NCBI GenBank assembly: GCA_040767195.1
Contig: JAXGPA010000004.1
Location: 1-64,000 of the forward strand
Reading direction: 5' to 3'
From: Syntrophales bacterium
Lineage (GTDB): Bacteria; Desulfobacterota; Syntrophia; Syntrophales; UBA6807
Length of the DNA stretch: 64,000 nucleotides
Below the pieces are notes generated by a model. It had not been told where the DNA came from. It was given only the letters and a program-made list of their open reading frames with translations, and ran no database searches. How positions within the stretch are numbered: position 1 is the stretch's first letter; every line of letters begins with the position of its first letter. Shown here piece by piece: positions 1 through 9,868 of this stretch. Position numbers and translations under genes: made by a program.

Positions 1-75
1 GGCGTCCCCACGGGGAGTCGAACCCCGGTCGTCGGCGTGAAAGGCCGATGTCCTAGGCCTCTAGACGATGGGGAC
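1..75 (-). tRNA. tRNA-Glu (anticodon UUC); the last A of the CCA end would fall just outside the window
   Basis: Reverse complement reads GTCCCCATCGTCTAGAGGCCTAGGACATCGGCCTTTCACGCCGACGACCGGGGTTCGACTCCCCGTGGGGACGCC. Acceptor stem, D loop, CT-TTC-AC anticodon loop and GTTCGA T loop are all visible. Confidence 0.96.
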
Positions 76-101
76 GCGCCATCGCGTAGCGTGAAGGGTT
101 G

Positions 102-130
102 CTTATATCGTTTAGCCCTTCTTCTGTCAA
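102..130 (-). promoter_or_regulatory. sigma70-type promoter of tRNA-Glu
   Basis: TTGACA-17 nt-TATAAG on the minus strand, about 26 nt upstream of the tRNA. Confidence 0.7.
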
Positions 131-179
131 CACAATTCTGCTTTTCCCGTTGACCTTCCGCCCGCTTGCGGCGCCCCGG

Positions 180-2267
180 TCACTCGAAGACCACCGGTTC
201 CCTGAGGACGGCCCGCCGTCCTTCCGCCGCCAGGATGGCCATGTCCGGGTGGCTTTCCCGGAGGGCCGCCACCTGGTGAAGGTTGTCCGCCGTCCGGGAG
301 ATGAGCATGGCCAGGTCCCCGTCGGAGATCCGCCACCGGGCGCGGACGTCCTCCCATTCCATTCCGCGGGCCCAGTCGTAGAGGATGACAGAGGTCCAGA
401 ACGGCAGCGGGCTGACATCGAACCCCGCTTCCCGCATCCTTTTCACCAGCGGGCCCAGGGACACGACCATGCGGTCGAAGGCCTGCCGGAGCTTCCGGGG
501 CGTCTCCTTCCGCTTCACGGGGATGTCCAGCTCGCGGTCGTAGACGAAGGGGGCGATCATGGCGCAGAGAAGGGCCATGTCCCGTTCCGGGAAAACTTTC
601 TTTTTCAGGCACTCGGCGATAAGAAGGGGCTGATCGAGCCGGAGCCGTGAGGCCCACATGCCGTCGTCGGTGAGGCGGTCCTTTTCGTCGACGAACCCCT
701 CCTGGCGGAGAAAGTCGAGATGCTTCCGGAAGTCTCTCCAGATGTCCGCTCTTCCTTTCTTACCCGCCCGGAGGTTCTGGAAGTCGGCGAAAGAGCGCTC
801 GAAGATGTCCCGGATCTCCTCGGGCCGGTGGGACAAAAGAAGGTTCAGGACCATGGAGAAGTCGTTCCCGATGCGGCTCTCTATTTTTTCCGGTTTCTTG
901 AAGTAAATCTTTCGGATTCGCTCGAGATCCATGAACCGGCCGGGCACGGCGACCATGAAACCGATGTTGTCCTCGCCCCGGCGGCCCGCCCTTCCGGTCA
1001 TCTGGTGCAGTTCCGTGGCGTTGAGGGGGACGCACTCGTGGCCGTTGTAACGGTCCGAGTTGAAGAGGACCACCGACCGGGCCGGGAAATTCACCCCCGC
1101 CGCCATGGTGGCCGTGGCGAACACGGCGTCCAGGTGACCTTTTTTCATCATCGTCTCCACGACGAACTTCCAGGCCGGGAGCTGGCCCCCGTGGTGGGCG
1201 CCCACGCGGAAGCGGCGCATGGATGCCAGCTGCTTGTGCTCGCGGATGTAAGGAAACCGTTCGAGGAGTTCGTCCAGGTCCCGCTGGAAGCTTTCCTCGT
1301 CCTTCCACCGGGAGGTGCCCCGGCGGACAATGCCGACGGCGGCGTCGCACTCGGACCGGGACTGGAGGAAGAAGAGGGCCGGGAGAAGATGGAACCTCCC
1401 CAGGGCCTGGAGGATTTCGTTGAAGCGGGTGAAGATCCGCTTCCGGGTGAAGCCGTTGATCCCCTCGTCGATGAAGGACCTCACCTTGGGGTACAGCCGC
1501 CTCTGGTGGAAGAGGGGCATGACCCGACCCGAGGGGTGGATGAAAAGGGGATAGAGGGGAACGGGACGCCCTTCCTCCCGGATAATGACGCACGCCTTGC
1601 CCCGGATCTCCTCCAGCCACGCGGCGATTTCCTCACCGTTGCCGATGGTGGCCGACAGCAGAAGAAGGTTCACCCGCCGGGGAAGGTACATCATGATCTC
1701 TTCCCAGACCACGCCCCGCTCGGGGTCGCCGAGAAAATGGGCCTCGTCGAGGATCACCAGGTCGCAGTCCAGGTTTTCCCCTTCGTGCATCACGTCGTAG
1801 AGCTGGTTTCTCAGGATTTCCGTGGTCCCCACGATAATGGGGGCCTCGGCGTTGTCTTTCGTGTCCCCCGTGAGAATGCCCACATTTTCCCGGCCGAAGC
1901 GCTGCCCGAATTCCACCCACTTGGAATTGGTCAGCGCCTTCAGGGGGGAGGCATACCAGATCTTCCCACCCCTCTCGAAGATGGTGTGAATCGCCTCCTC
2001 GGCGATCCACGTCTTTCCCGAACCGGTGGGCGCGATGACAATGCAGTCGGTCCTCCTGGCGGCCTCGAGGGCTTCGAGCTGGAAGGGATCCGGGCAAAAC
2101 GGCGCTTCCGGCGGTTTTCCGATCCTGTGGAAAACCTCTCCCAGGCAGGCCTCCGCCTCGGGTTTGAATCTGTCCGGCGGTTGGTCTTCCCGGTGTTTCT
2201 TTTTTCCGTCCCTGCGGCCCTTGAAAAACCGTTTTTTCCGGTACGCCGGGGGGTCAGGCCTTGTCAT
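180..2267 (-). CDS. Ski2/HelY-like DEAD/DEAH-box helicase
   Basis: Motifs APTGSGKT, SPLKALTNSK, TTEILRNQLY, DEAH, LSAT, HHGG, ATATMAAGVNFPA, QMTGRAGRRG. Confidence 0.9.
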   Translation of the reverse strand: MTRPDPPAYRKKRFFKGRRDGKKKHREDQPPDRFKPEAEACLGEVFHRIGKPPEAPFCPDPFQLEALEAARRTDCIVIAPTGSGKTWIAEEAIHTIFERGGKIWYASPLKALTNSKWVEFGQRFGRENVGILTGDTKDNAEAPIIVGTTEILRNQLYDVMHEGENLDCDLVILDEAHFLGDPERGVVWEEIMMYLPRRVNLLLLSATIGNGEEIAAWLEEIRGKACVIIREEGRPVPLYPLFIHPSGRVMPLFHQRRLYPKVRSFIDEGINGFTRKRIFTRFNEILQALGRFHLLPALFFLQSRSECDAAVGIVRRGTSRWKDEESFQRDLDELLERFPYIREHKQLASMRRFRVGAHHGGQLPAWKFVVETMMKKGHLDAVFATATMAAGVNFPARSVVLFNSDRYNGHECVPLNATELHQMTGRAGRRGEDNIGFMVAVPGRFMDLERIRKIYFKKPEKIESRIGNDFSMVLNLLLSHRPEEIRDIFERSFADFQNLRAGKKGRADIWRDFRKHLDFLRQEGFVDEKDRLTDDGMWASRLRLDQPLLIAECLKKKVFPERDMALLCAMIAPFVYDRELDIPVKRKETPRKLRQAFDRMVVSLGPLVKRMREAGFDVSPLPFWTSVILYDWARGMEWEDVRARWRISDGDLAMLISRTADNLHQVAALRESHPDMAILAAEGRRAVLREPVVFE

Positions 2268-2437
2268 CTGATCCGCATTCTCTCCGCTTGGGATTTTCCC
2301 TGTTTTCCTGCTGGGACATCACCCGGCCGCTTCATCTTTGAACGATTCGGGACGGCCCCGGCAGGCCGCGCGGTAAAGGGGACAGGGATATCGAATTCCT
2401 TGAATTCCGGTCGGTATTGCCCTATAAGGGGCTTTCA

Positions 2438-3739
2438 ATGATCCGCCAGGAGGATAGGTCGATTTCCCTTAAAAGTCAAGACAGGACCCCCGGGAGGGGC
2501 ATTTACTGGGGCTGGTTCGTCGTGGCCGGATCTTTCCTGATCCTGGCGATGAACTACGGATCACGGTACTGCTTCGGGGTCTTCATAAAGCCCATGTTCA
2601 GCGAATACGGCTGGACCATGGCCCTCCTGTCCCTGGGCGCCTCGCTGAACCTCTTCATGTACGCCGCCGGCGGCATCCTCTCGGGGAGCCTCCTCGACCG
2701 CCTCGCCCCGCGCTGGATCATGACCATCGGGGCCGTTCTCACCGGAGCGGGATTCATTCTCACCGGGTTTCTCCGATCTCCCCTGGAACTCTACCTCTAT
2801 TACGGGGTCCTTTGCGGCCTCGGATCGGCGGGGATCGGTGTCGTCGTGAGCAGCTCTTCCGTGGGAAAATGGTTCGAGAGGAAAAAGGGCCTCGCCGTGG
2901 GGATAACGACGACGGGCATCGGGTTCGGCACCCTCGCCCTGACCCCCCTGGCGGGTTACATGGTCGGTCACTTCGGGTGGCGGATGGGCTTCGTTCTCCT
3001 CGGGGGCCTCATCGCGATCATCGGCGTCACCCTGTCCCAGTTTTTCATGGGGAAAAGGACACCGGAAGACCACGGGTGGCTTCCCGACGGCCTCCCCCTC
3101 GCCATGGACGTGGGAAGCCGCCCTGCGGACCGGCCTGCCGGGAAAAACGGCCTTTTGTCCCAGCGGGCCTTTCGGACGGTCCCTTTCTGGGTCATGGTCC
3201 TGTGTTTCAGCATCGCCGTCATGGCGGAGATGACGGCTTTCGTGCACCAGGTTTCCTACGGGGAAAGCCTCGGGATCGACCGGATCATCGCCGCTTCCTC
3301 CATTGGCGTCATCGGCTTGACGAGTATCTTCGGCCGGTTTTTCTACGGATGGCTGAGCGACCGGCTGAAAGACCCCAAATACTCGGCTTCCCTCGGCTTC
3401 CTCGTCATGGCCCTGGGGATGATCCTCCTGATCCGCGTGAAGGGCCCTTCCGACCTCCTCGTCTACGCCGCCGTTTTCGGCTTCGGCTACGGGTCTCTCG
3501 CGCCGATGATGCCCATTCTCCTTTCCGACCGGTTCGGCCGGCAGATACTCGGTTCGACTTACGGGTTCCTCACGTTTTTCGTCGTCGGCATCGGAGGGAG
3601 CATCGGGCCGCTCCTGGGCGGCTGGCTCTTTGACCGGTTCGGGACCTACGCCTACGGGTGGGCGGTCAACCTGGCCCTTCTCTTCGCCGCCGCCGTCCTC
3701 ATGCTCTTCCTGCAGAAGGTGTCCGAGGCCGGCCGGTAA
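2438..3739 (+). CDS. MFS transporter (oxalate:formate antiporter/monocarboxylate-like)
   Basis: About 12 hydrophobic segments; GSLLDRLAPR and GWLSDRLK loop motifs; YWGWFVV N-terminus. ATG at 2438 chosen as start. Confidence 0.85.
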   Translation: MIRQEDRSISLKSQDRTPGRGIYWGWFVVAGSFLILAMNYGSRYCFGVFIKPMFSEYGWTMALLSLGASLNLFMYAAGGILSGSLLDRLAPRWIMTIGAVLTGAGFILTGFLRSPLELYLYYGVLCGLGSAGIGVVVSSSSVGKWFERKKGLAVGITTTGIGFGTLALTPLAGYMVGHFGWRMGFVLLGGLIAIIGVTLSQFFMGKRTPEDHGWLPDGLPLAMDVGSRPADRPAGKNGLLSQRAFRTVPFWVMVLCFSIAVMAEMTAFVHQVSYGESLGIDRIIAASSIGVIGLTSIFGRFFYGWLSDRLKDPKYSASLGFLVMALGMILLIRVKGPSDLLVYAAVFGFGYGSLAPMMPILLSDRFGRQILGSTYGFLTFFVVGIGGSIGPLLGGWLFDRFGTYAYGWAVNLALLFAAAVLMLFLQKVSEAGR

Positions 3740-3751
3740 AGGCGGCAGGGC

Positions 3752-3967
3752 TCAGTCGGGCCGCTTCCCGCCCCAGGGGTTCAGGTCGATGTCCTCGGCG
3801 CAGGCCGCACAGAAAACGAGCGGATCAACGCTGCCGCAGTCGTGGGCGAAGAGGTCGAGACGGCAGCACTCCCGGCAGAGGGCGGCACCGCAGCCGCCGC
3901 AGTACATGACGGCGGGCTCACGGCCGCAGATCCCGCAGGGGACCCTGTCGCGAACGATCTGAATCAT
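3752..3967 (-). CDS. small Cys-rich (B-box/zinc-finger-like) protein, paralog 2
   Basis: 71 aa; CxxC-x8-CxxC-x4-CxxC...HxC-x8-CxxC...NPW; paralog of 3972..4223. Confidence 0.75.
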   Translation of the reverse strand: MIQIVRDRVPCGICGREPAVMYCGGCGAALCRECCRLDLFAHDCGSVDPLVFCAACAEDIDLNPWGGKRPD

Positions 3968-3971
3968 GCCG

Positions 3972-4223
3972 TCACCTCTCGTCCCCGTGAGGACTTTCGG
4001 AACCCGAACCGGCCGGCCGCCTGCCCCCCCAGGGGTTCAGGTCGATGTCCTCGGCGCAGGCCGGGCAGAAAACCAGGGTGTTGACGCTGCCGCAGCCGTG
4101 GCCGAAGAGGTCGAACCGGTAACACGCCCGGCAGAGCGGAATCCGGCACCCCTTGCAGCGCATGACGGCGGTCCCGCCGCCGCAGATCCCGCAGGGAATC
4201 TTCTCGTGTATGACCTCGATCAT
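3972..4223 (-). CDS. small Cys-rich (B-box/zinc-finger-like) protein, paralog 1
   Basis: 83 aa; same Cys pattern as 3752..3967; GAGG RBS upstream; tightly spaced in the operon. Confidence 0.75.
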   Translation of the reverse strand: MIEVIHEKIPCGICGGGTAVMRCKGCRIPLCRACYRFDLFGHGCGSVNTLVFCPACAEDIDLNPWGGRRPAGSGSESPHGDER

Positions 4224-4233
4224 GCCGCGGTCC

Positions 4234-4818
4234 TCAGCCCGGGACGGTCCCGCGGAGCCCGATCCGGTCGGCCGCTTCCCGCATTCCCATGATGGTGTCC
4301 TCCATGACCTCCTCCAGGGGCACCCCCATCCTATCCGCCCCCTGCTGAATCACCTGCCGGTTCACCCCCGCCGCGAAGGCCGGGGATTTCCACTTTTTCT
4401 TCAGGGACTTGACATCCATGTCGAGAACGCTCTTGGACGGCCGGACCATGGCGTTGGCCGCCACGAGCCCCGTCAGTTCGTCGATGGTGTAAAGGGTCTT
4501 TTCCAGGGCGGTTTTCGGCTCCACGTCGGAGCAGATCCCCCAGCCGTGGGACACGGCCGCCCGGATGTACTCCTCCGGCCAGCCTTCCGCCTCCAGGAAC
4601 TCCCGGGTCTTCCGGCAGTGTTCCTCGGGATGGCGTTCGTAATCCAGGTCGTGGATGAGACCGACGACGCCCCACATTTCCTCGTCCTCCCCGCGCTTGC
4701 GGGCGATGTACCGCATGACGGCCTCCACGGCGAAGGCGTGTTTCAGGAGGGCGTCGTTCTCGTTGTATTTTTTCAGTATCCCCAGGGCCTCTTCCCGGGT
4801 CGGAATCTTCTTGTCCAT
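4234..4818 (-). CDS. HD/HDIG-domain metal-dependent phosphohydrolase
   Basis: KHAFAVEAVMR, GLIHDLDYE, SHG, DELTGL motifs; AAAGAGG RBS. Confidence 0.85.
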   Translation of the reverse strand: MDKKIPTREEALGILKKYNENDALLKHAFAVEAVMRYIARKRGEDEEMWGVVGLIHDLDYERHPEEHCRKTREFLEAEGWPEEYIRAAVSHGWGICSDVEPKTALEKTLYTIDELTGLVAANAMVRPSKSVLDMDVKSLKKKWKSPAFAAGVNRQVIQQGADRMGVPLEEVMEDTIMGMREAADRIGLRGTVPG

Positions 4819-4838
4819 CCTCTTTTTTCTCCTTTCCG

Positions 4839-6203
4839 TCAGGTTTTTTCAAGAACAACGGCCGAAAAGCCGTCCATGTCGTGCCTGTGGGGGAAGGTCC
4901 TGAAAACCGTTTTCCCCTCCAGGAGTTCCCCGGGCACGCGCCTGGTGAGATCGAGCCGCCGGAAATCCGGCCAGGCCTCGAGAAAGGCCGCCACGACGTC
5001 CTCGTTCTCCTCCCGGAGGAGGCTGCAGGTCCCGTAAACGATCCTTCCTTTCTCTTTCACGTAACGGGCCGCCGCCGAAAGAAGCCTTTTCTGCAGCAGC
5101 ACCAGGGAGGCCATCTCCCCTTCCCCCACCCGCCACCGGATTTCCGGCTTGCGCCGCACCGTCCCGGAACCGGTGCAGGGGGCGTCGAGAAGAACCCTGT
5201 CGAATTTCCCGTGCCAGCGGGGGGCCGGGTCGCCCGTCCCGTCGGCGGCCAGGGTGTCGACGATGGACCATCCCCGGTCCCTCGCCGCTTCCTTGAGCAT
5301 TTCCGCCTTTCTTTGGTGAATGTCCACGGCCAGGATATACCCCCTGTTTCCCATGTCCTCGGCCATCTGTAGCGTCTTTCGCCCCGTCCCGGCGCACAGG
5401 TCCAGGACGGCCTGTCCCGGAAGCGGGTCAACCAGTCCCGCCACGAGCTGGGAGGCCTCGTCCTGGAAGGTGACCCGGTCGCCCCGGGAAAGGACGTATT
5501 CCCGGACAGAGGCGCCCCGTCCCGGGCAGACGACGGCCCGGGGGGCGTAGCGGCCGCGCCGGGCCTCGATGCCCAGCGCCCGAAGCTCTTCCAGGACCCG
5601 GTCCGGGTTCACGGCGGGATGAACCCGGAGGGTCAAGGGGGGCGGAACGTTGTTCTTCCCGCAAAGAAGGGCCGTTTCTTCCGCCCCGTAATGTTCGAGC
5701 CACCGCTCGACAAGCCAGCGGGGATGGGAGTGGTAGACCGAAATGAACCCGGCCGGGTCTTCCCGCCTGTCGGGCCAGGGGATGTCCCCGGCTTTCCGGA
5801 GTGTGTTGCGAAGGACGGCATTGACCAGGCTTTCCCGGCCCGGGAGAACTTTTTTCGCCAGTTCCACCGTCTCGTGAACGGCGGCAAAACCGGGGACCCG
5901 GTCCTGTACCAGGACCTGGTAAAGGCCGAGCCTCAGCAGGTTTTTCAGAACCGCCTCCAGGCGATCCGGCCTTCCCCGGTAAAGATGCCCGATGATCCAG
6001 TCCAGGCGGTTCCGCATTCGGACCGTCCCGTAAACGAGGTCCGTGAGGAATCGCCGGTCCGGTTCCGCCAGGTCCGCCTGGCGGTTCAGGACGGTATCGA
6101 GAAGCGGCTCCAGGAAGGCGCCCTCGCTGTCGGCGCGGTTCAGTATGGAGAGGGCCAGGTACCGGGCCGACGGCGGGCCTGCGCTCCCCTGCCGTCCTCT
6201 CAT
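4839..6203 (-). CDS. rsmB: 16S rRNA m5C967 methyltransferase RsmB (NusB-like N-terminus)
   Basis: LRLGLYQ, SHPRWLV, FQDEASQLV, LDLCAGTGRKT, LLDAPCTG, YGTCS. The ATG overlaps the mutY stop (ATGA). Confidence 0.9.
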   Translation of the reverse strand: MRGRQGSAGPPSARYLALSILNRADSEGAFLEPLLDTVLNRQADLAEPDRRFLTDLVYGTVRMRNRLDWIIGHLYRGRPDRLEAVLKNLLRLGLYQVLVQDRVPGFAAVHETVELAKKVLPGRESLVNAVLRNTLRKAGDIPWPDRREDPAGFISVYHSHPRWLVERWLEHYGAEETALLCGKNNVPPPLTLRVHPAVNPDRVLEELRALGIEARRGRYAPRAVVCPGRGASVREYVLSRGDRVTFQDEASQLVAGLVDPLPGQAVLDLCAGTGRKTLQMAEDMGNRGYILAVDIHQRKAEMLKEAARDRGWSIVDTLAADGTGDPAPRWHGKFDRVLLDAPCTGSGTVRRKPEIRWRVGEGEMASLVLLQKRLLSAAARYVKEKGRIVYGTCSLLREENEDVVAAFLEAWPDFRRLDLTRRVPGELLEGKTVFRTFPHRHDMDGFSAVVLEKT

Positions 6204-7303
6204 GGTCCGCCGCTCCTTTCCGATGGCCTTTCCGTCCCGTTCTCCCATGGGAGGAGATTTTTCAAAAGCTTCCGGTCCAGGGCGGACAGGGCGTACCGGT
6301 CGAATTCCCGGAACCCGACCCAGGCACGCCCCTGCCGCGCCTCCATCTTCGGGGCGGCCTCGCCGAGGCGGCAGAGGAAGGGGTGGACCACGGCGCGAAA
6401 ATGGGTGTAGGTATGGCGAACGGCCGGAAGCGCCTCGATCTCCCGGACCGCCGCGGCCGCCTGCTCCTTCAGCCATGCTGCCGGGTCCGCGCCGTTCCAC
6501 GCCGTCGTGGGAAAGGCCCACAGGCCGCTCAAAAGCCCCTTTTCCGGCCGGCGGACAAGGAGGCAGCGGCCGTCGGCGCTCCGAAGGAGGGCCGTCACGA
6601 AGGTCCTTGTCGGCAGCGGCCCTTTCGGGGACGTCACGGGAAGGCTTTCCTCGATTCCCCGGCCCCTGCCTTCGCAGGAAGACGCGAGGGGACAGGAGGG
6701 GCATCGGGGAGTCCGGGGGAGGCACACCAGGGCCCCGAGTTCCATGAGAGACTGGTTGAAGGTCCCGGGGGTCTCTTCCGGCACGAGGTCCGCCGCCCGG
6801 GCTTCCAGGATCTTCGCCCCCGCGGGCCTGTCGACGGCCTCCGTCATGGCGAAGAGCCGGGAAAGGACCCGCCGGACGTTACCGTCCAGGGCGGGAACGG
6901 GTTTCCCGAAAGCCATGCTGAGAATCGCCCCGGCGGTGTATTTTCCGATTCCGGGAAGGGACAGGAGGGCGGAGAGGTCCGAAGGGAGCCGCCCCCCCAT
7001 TTCGATCACCACGATCCGGGCCGCCCGGTGGAGGTTCCGGGCCCTCCCGTAATACCCGAGGTTTTCCCAGGCCTTGAGAACGTCGTCGAGGGGAGCCGCG
7101 GCCAGGGCCTCGACGGTGGGAAAGCGGGCCATGAACCGCTCGTAGAAGGGGACGACCGTTTCCACCCCCGTCTGCTGGAGCATGATCTCGGAAACCCAGA
7201 TGGCATAGGGGTCCGTCGTCCGCCGCCAGGGGAGGTCACGCCTGTGGCGGCCGTACCATTCGGTGAGGCGGCGGGGGATGTCCCCCGGAGACGGCTTTTC
7301 CAT
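6200..7303 (-). CDS. mutY: A/G-specific adenine glycosylase MutY
   Basis: RDLPWR, WVSEIMLQQT, LGYYGRARNLH, LPGIGKYTAGAI, DGNVRRVLSR, C-x6-C-x2-C-x5-C Fe-S motif, C-terminal NUDIX-like domain. Confidence 0.93.
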   Translation of the reverse strand: MEKPSPGDIPRRLTEWYGRHRRDLPWRRTTDPYAIWVSEIMLQQTGVETVVPFYERFMARFPTVEALAAAPLDDVLKAWENLGYYGRARNLHRAARIVVIEMGGRLPSDLSALLSLPGIGKYTAGAILSMAFGKPVPALDGNVRRVLSRLFAMTEAVDRPAGAKILEARAADLVPEETPGTFNQSLMELGALVCLPRTPRCPSCPLASSCEGRGRGIEESLPVTSPKGPLPTRTFVTALLRSADGRCLLVRRPEKGLLSGLWAFPTTAWNGADPAAWLKEQAAAAVREIEALPAVRHTYTHFRAVVHPFLCRLGEAAPKMEARQGRAWVGFREFDRYALSALDRKLLKNLLPWENGTERPSERSGGP

Positions 7304-7437
7304 AGCTGACACGATAAAAAAAGGCGGTAGAAAGGTCAATAGCGAAATGGCCGGGGAAAAAAAGATGGGGGGCCCTCTTCACCTTCGAGGCGTCGTTGGG
7401 CCTTGATCCGGCGGCGGCAAACCCGTATCCTGAAACC

Positions 7438-7836
7438 ATGAAGCTCTTCCAGCGGCGTTTCAAGTACTCGGAGCATGACAAGGATCTTGGAAACCGGATC
7501 GCCGGAGATCACGGTCTTCCCGGGACGGTGGAGACCCTCCACCCGGGCGCCCATTCCGTCGAAAGGCGCTTCACCGTCTTTCGTTCCCGGGGGTACAAGG
7601 CGAATATCGACAGCGTCGACCCCTACCGTGTCATGGAAGAGGAACGGAAAGCCCTGGAGAAGCGCTGCGCCGAACTGGGGATCCGCCCCCTTTTCCGGGG
7701 GGACTACGTCACCCTCCACTCTTTTCCGAGAAGAAACATGGTCACCGTGGAAACCCTGGGCTCGTCCTTCCACGGCGGGGTGAAGCGCCTGGAGCAGAAG
7801 ACCTGGTTCGATGTCCTGGCCTATGTGAAAACTTGA
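7438..7836 (+). CDS. hypothetical protein (about 132 aa)
   Basis: Fills the gap between mutY and the enoyl-CoA hydratase gene with GC3-rich codons; no motif recognised; start uncertain. Confidence 0.55.
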   Translation: MKLFQRRFKYSEHDKDLGNRIAGDHGLPGTVETLHPGAHSVERRFTVFRSRGYKANIDSVDPYRVMEEERKALEKRCAELGIRPLFRGDYVTLHSFPRRNMVTVETLGSSFHGGVKRLEQKTWFDVLAYVKT

Positions 7837-7861
7837 CGAAACGCAGGCGCTCCCCTATACT
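7833..7861 (+). promoter_or_regulatory. putative sigma70 promoter of the enoyl-CoA hydratase gene
   Basis: TTGACG-17 nt-TATACT, 30 nt upstream of ATG 7892. Confidence 0.55.
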
Positions 7862-7891
7862 TGCCCAAAATTTCGGAGCAAAGGAGGGACC

Positions 7892-8611
7892 ATGGCCGTC
7901 CTTACGTGGAAAAAGGAAGAAAACGTCGCCGTCATCACCATGACCAACGGTGAAAACCGGCACAATCCCGTCTTCGTCGCGGAAATGCTCCAGGCCCTCG
8001 ATGAAATCGAGGCGGACCGGGAAGTGACCGCCCTCGTGATCACCTCCGGTGACGAGAAGAACTGGTCCCAGGGCATCGACCTGGCCTGGCTCGTCGGGCG
8101 GAAGAACGCCGGCGATCTCGACGCCATCCGGCAGTTCCTCTACGGCATGAACAAGGTGTTCCGAAGGCTTCTCCTCTACCCCGTGCCCGTCATCGCCAGC
8201 ATCAACGGGCACGCCGCGGCGAACGGCGCCATCCTGGCCTGCGCCTGCGATTTCCGGTTCATGCGGGCCGACCGGGGCTTCTTTTTCTTTCCCGAGGTCA
8301 ACATCGACATTCCCTTCTTCCCGGGAATGATCGCCTTCCTCAAGAAGGCGATCCCGGAATACAAGTTCAACGAGATGGCCCTCACGGGCAACCGTTACGG
8401 CGCCGCCGAAATGGCGGCCCACCACGTCTTCCTGAAGGCCAGCGCCGGCGCGGAAGAGCTGAAGGCGGACACCATGGCCTTCGCCAGGGCCATGACGAAA
8501 AAGCGGGGGGTCTTCGGCGAGATGAAGCGTCGGATGCACCGGCAGATCGTCGAGATCATGGAAAAGGAAGACCCGAAGATCCTGGAGCCGCTTGCCATCG
8601 TGACGGATTGA
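7892..8611 (+). CDS. enoyl-CoA hydratase/isomerase (crotonase) family protein
   Basis: WSQGIDL, PVIASINGHAAANG, ACDFRFM, FPEVNI; GGAGG RBS. Confidence 0.88.
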   Translation: MAVLTWKKEENVAVITMTNGENRHNPVFVAEMLQALDEIEADREVTALVITSGDEKNWSQGIDLAWLVGRKNAGDLDAIRQFLYGMNKVFRRLLLYPVPVIASINGHAAANGAILACACDFRFMRADRGFFFFPEVNIDIPFFPGMIAFLKKAIPEYKFNEMALTGNRYGAAEMAAHHVFLKASAGAEELKADTMAFARAMTKKRGVFGEMKRRMHRQIVEIMEKEDPKILEPLAIVTD

Positions 8612-8711
8612 AGGCCCGCGCCCCCCTGCGGGGCCCGGGAAAAGAAGAGGGAAAGGCGGAAACCGCGACGGGGCGGGGCCGGGCGGCCCCGCCCCGTTTT
8701 GGGCGGTCATT

Positions 8712-9749
8712 TCATGACAGGACCGTGTCGAGCCGGCTGCCCACCTCGCGGGCTTCCCTCACGATCCGTTCCACCAGTTCGGCCACCGTGGGCTCGTCGT
8801 GGAGGAGGCCCGTCACCTGGCCCACGGGCAGGACGCCCTTCTCCGTGTCCCCGTCTTCCGTGGCCATCTGAAAAATCTTGAAGGCGTTGGCCATGTAGGC
8901 CAGCTGGTAGGCGTTTTTCCATCCCGACGCGAGGACCCCGAAAAACATTTTCCAGTAAGGGAGCTTCATCTGGGCGGCGATGTCCCGGGAATTGACGAAA
9001 GCCCCGATGACGTCGAATCCCTTCTTCAGGGCCCGCTTCGCTCCCTCCGTCTTCATGACCCGGCAGTAAAGGCCGTCGAAACGCTTCGAGTAATAGGTGT
9101 CCGTCACGTCCTTTTCCAGGGAGAGCCTCTTGTAATTCCCGTGGAGGGGGCTTTCCTTCGTCGTCATGAAGCGGGTTCCCATGGCAATGCCCTCGGCGCC
9201 CAGGGCCAGGGCGGCCATGAGTCCCCGGCCGTCGGCGATCCCGCCGGCGGCGATGACCGGGATTTCGAGGGCATCCGCGAGGCTCGGGACGAGGACCATG
9301 GAACTCACCGCCTCCCCGTGGGCGGCGGCCTCGTATCCCGTGGCGATGACCGCGTCGGTCCCGAACTGCTGCGCCCGGAGGGCGTGGCGGGCGCTGACCA
9401 CCGTGGCCACCACCTTTCCGCCGTAGGCGTGGGCGGCCCGGACGATCCAGTCCCCCTTCCCCAGGGCGAAGTTGATGACGGGGACCTTTTCCTCCAGGAG
9501 GACCTGGGCGTTTTCCCGGGCCCCCGGGAAAAGAAGGGTGGCGTTGGCCCCGAAGGGCTTGTCCGTCAGTTCACGGATCCTGCGGACGGCCTGCCGCGTT
9601 TCCTTGTCGTTCAGGGGTCCCGTGGCGAGAATCCCGAGCCCGCCGGCATTGGAGACGGCGGCGACCATTTCCGGGGTGCTGATCCAGCTCATCCCCGACA
9701 GAACGATGGGGTATTGAATTCCGAAGAGTTCCGTAACGCGCGTTTTCAT
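8712..9749 (-). CDS. nitronate monooxygenase/FabK-like flavoenzyme
   Basis: YPIVLSGM, AVSNAGGLG, TDKPFGAN, GYEAAAHG, PVIAAGGIADGRG, MGTRF, GQVTGL. Confidence 0.87.
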   Translation of the reverse strand: MKTRVTELFGIQYPIVLSGMSWISTPEMVAAVSNAGGLGILATGPLNDKETRQAVRRIRELTDKPFGANATLLFPGARENAQVLLEEKVPVINFALGKGDWIVRAAHAYGGKVVATVVSARHALRAQQFGTDAVIATGYEAAAHGEAVSSMVLVPSLADALEIPVIAAGGIADGRGLMAALALGAEGIAMGTRFMTTKESPLHGNYKRLSLEKDVTDTYYSKRFDGLYCRVMKTEGAKRALKKGFDVIGAFVNSRDIAAQMKLPYWKMFFGVLASGWKNAYQLAYMANAFKIFQMATEDGDTEKGVLPVGQVTGLLHDEPTVAELVERIVREAREVGSRLDTVLS

Positions 9750-9868
9750 TCTCTTCTCCGTTTTTGTCAAGAAAAGACATCATTGAATGGGGGGCTGTCC
9801 CTCCTTACCCGGCCTTCCTTCGAAAGCCGCCGGGCGCGGCGCCGCCGTGCCCCGGACGGGCCGGCCTC

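Noticed and set aside
1..2267. tRNA-Glu as an integration site, with the helicase as island or defence cargo
   Set aside because: The helicase lies on the 5' side of the tRNA, has host-like composition, and no integrase or att duplication is visible in the window.
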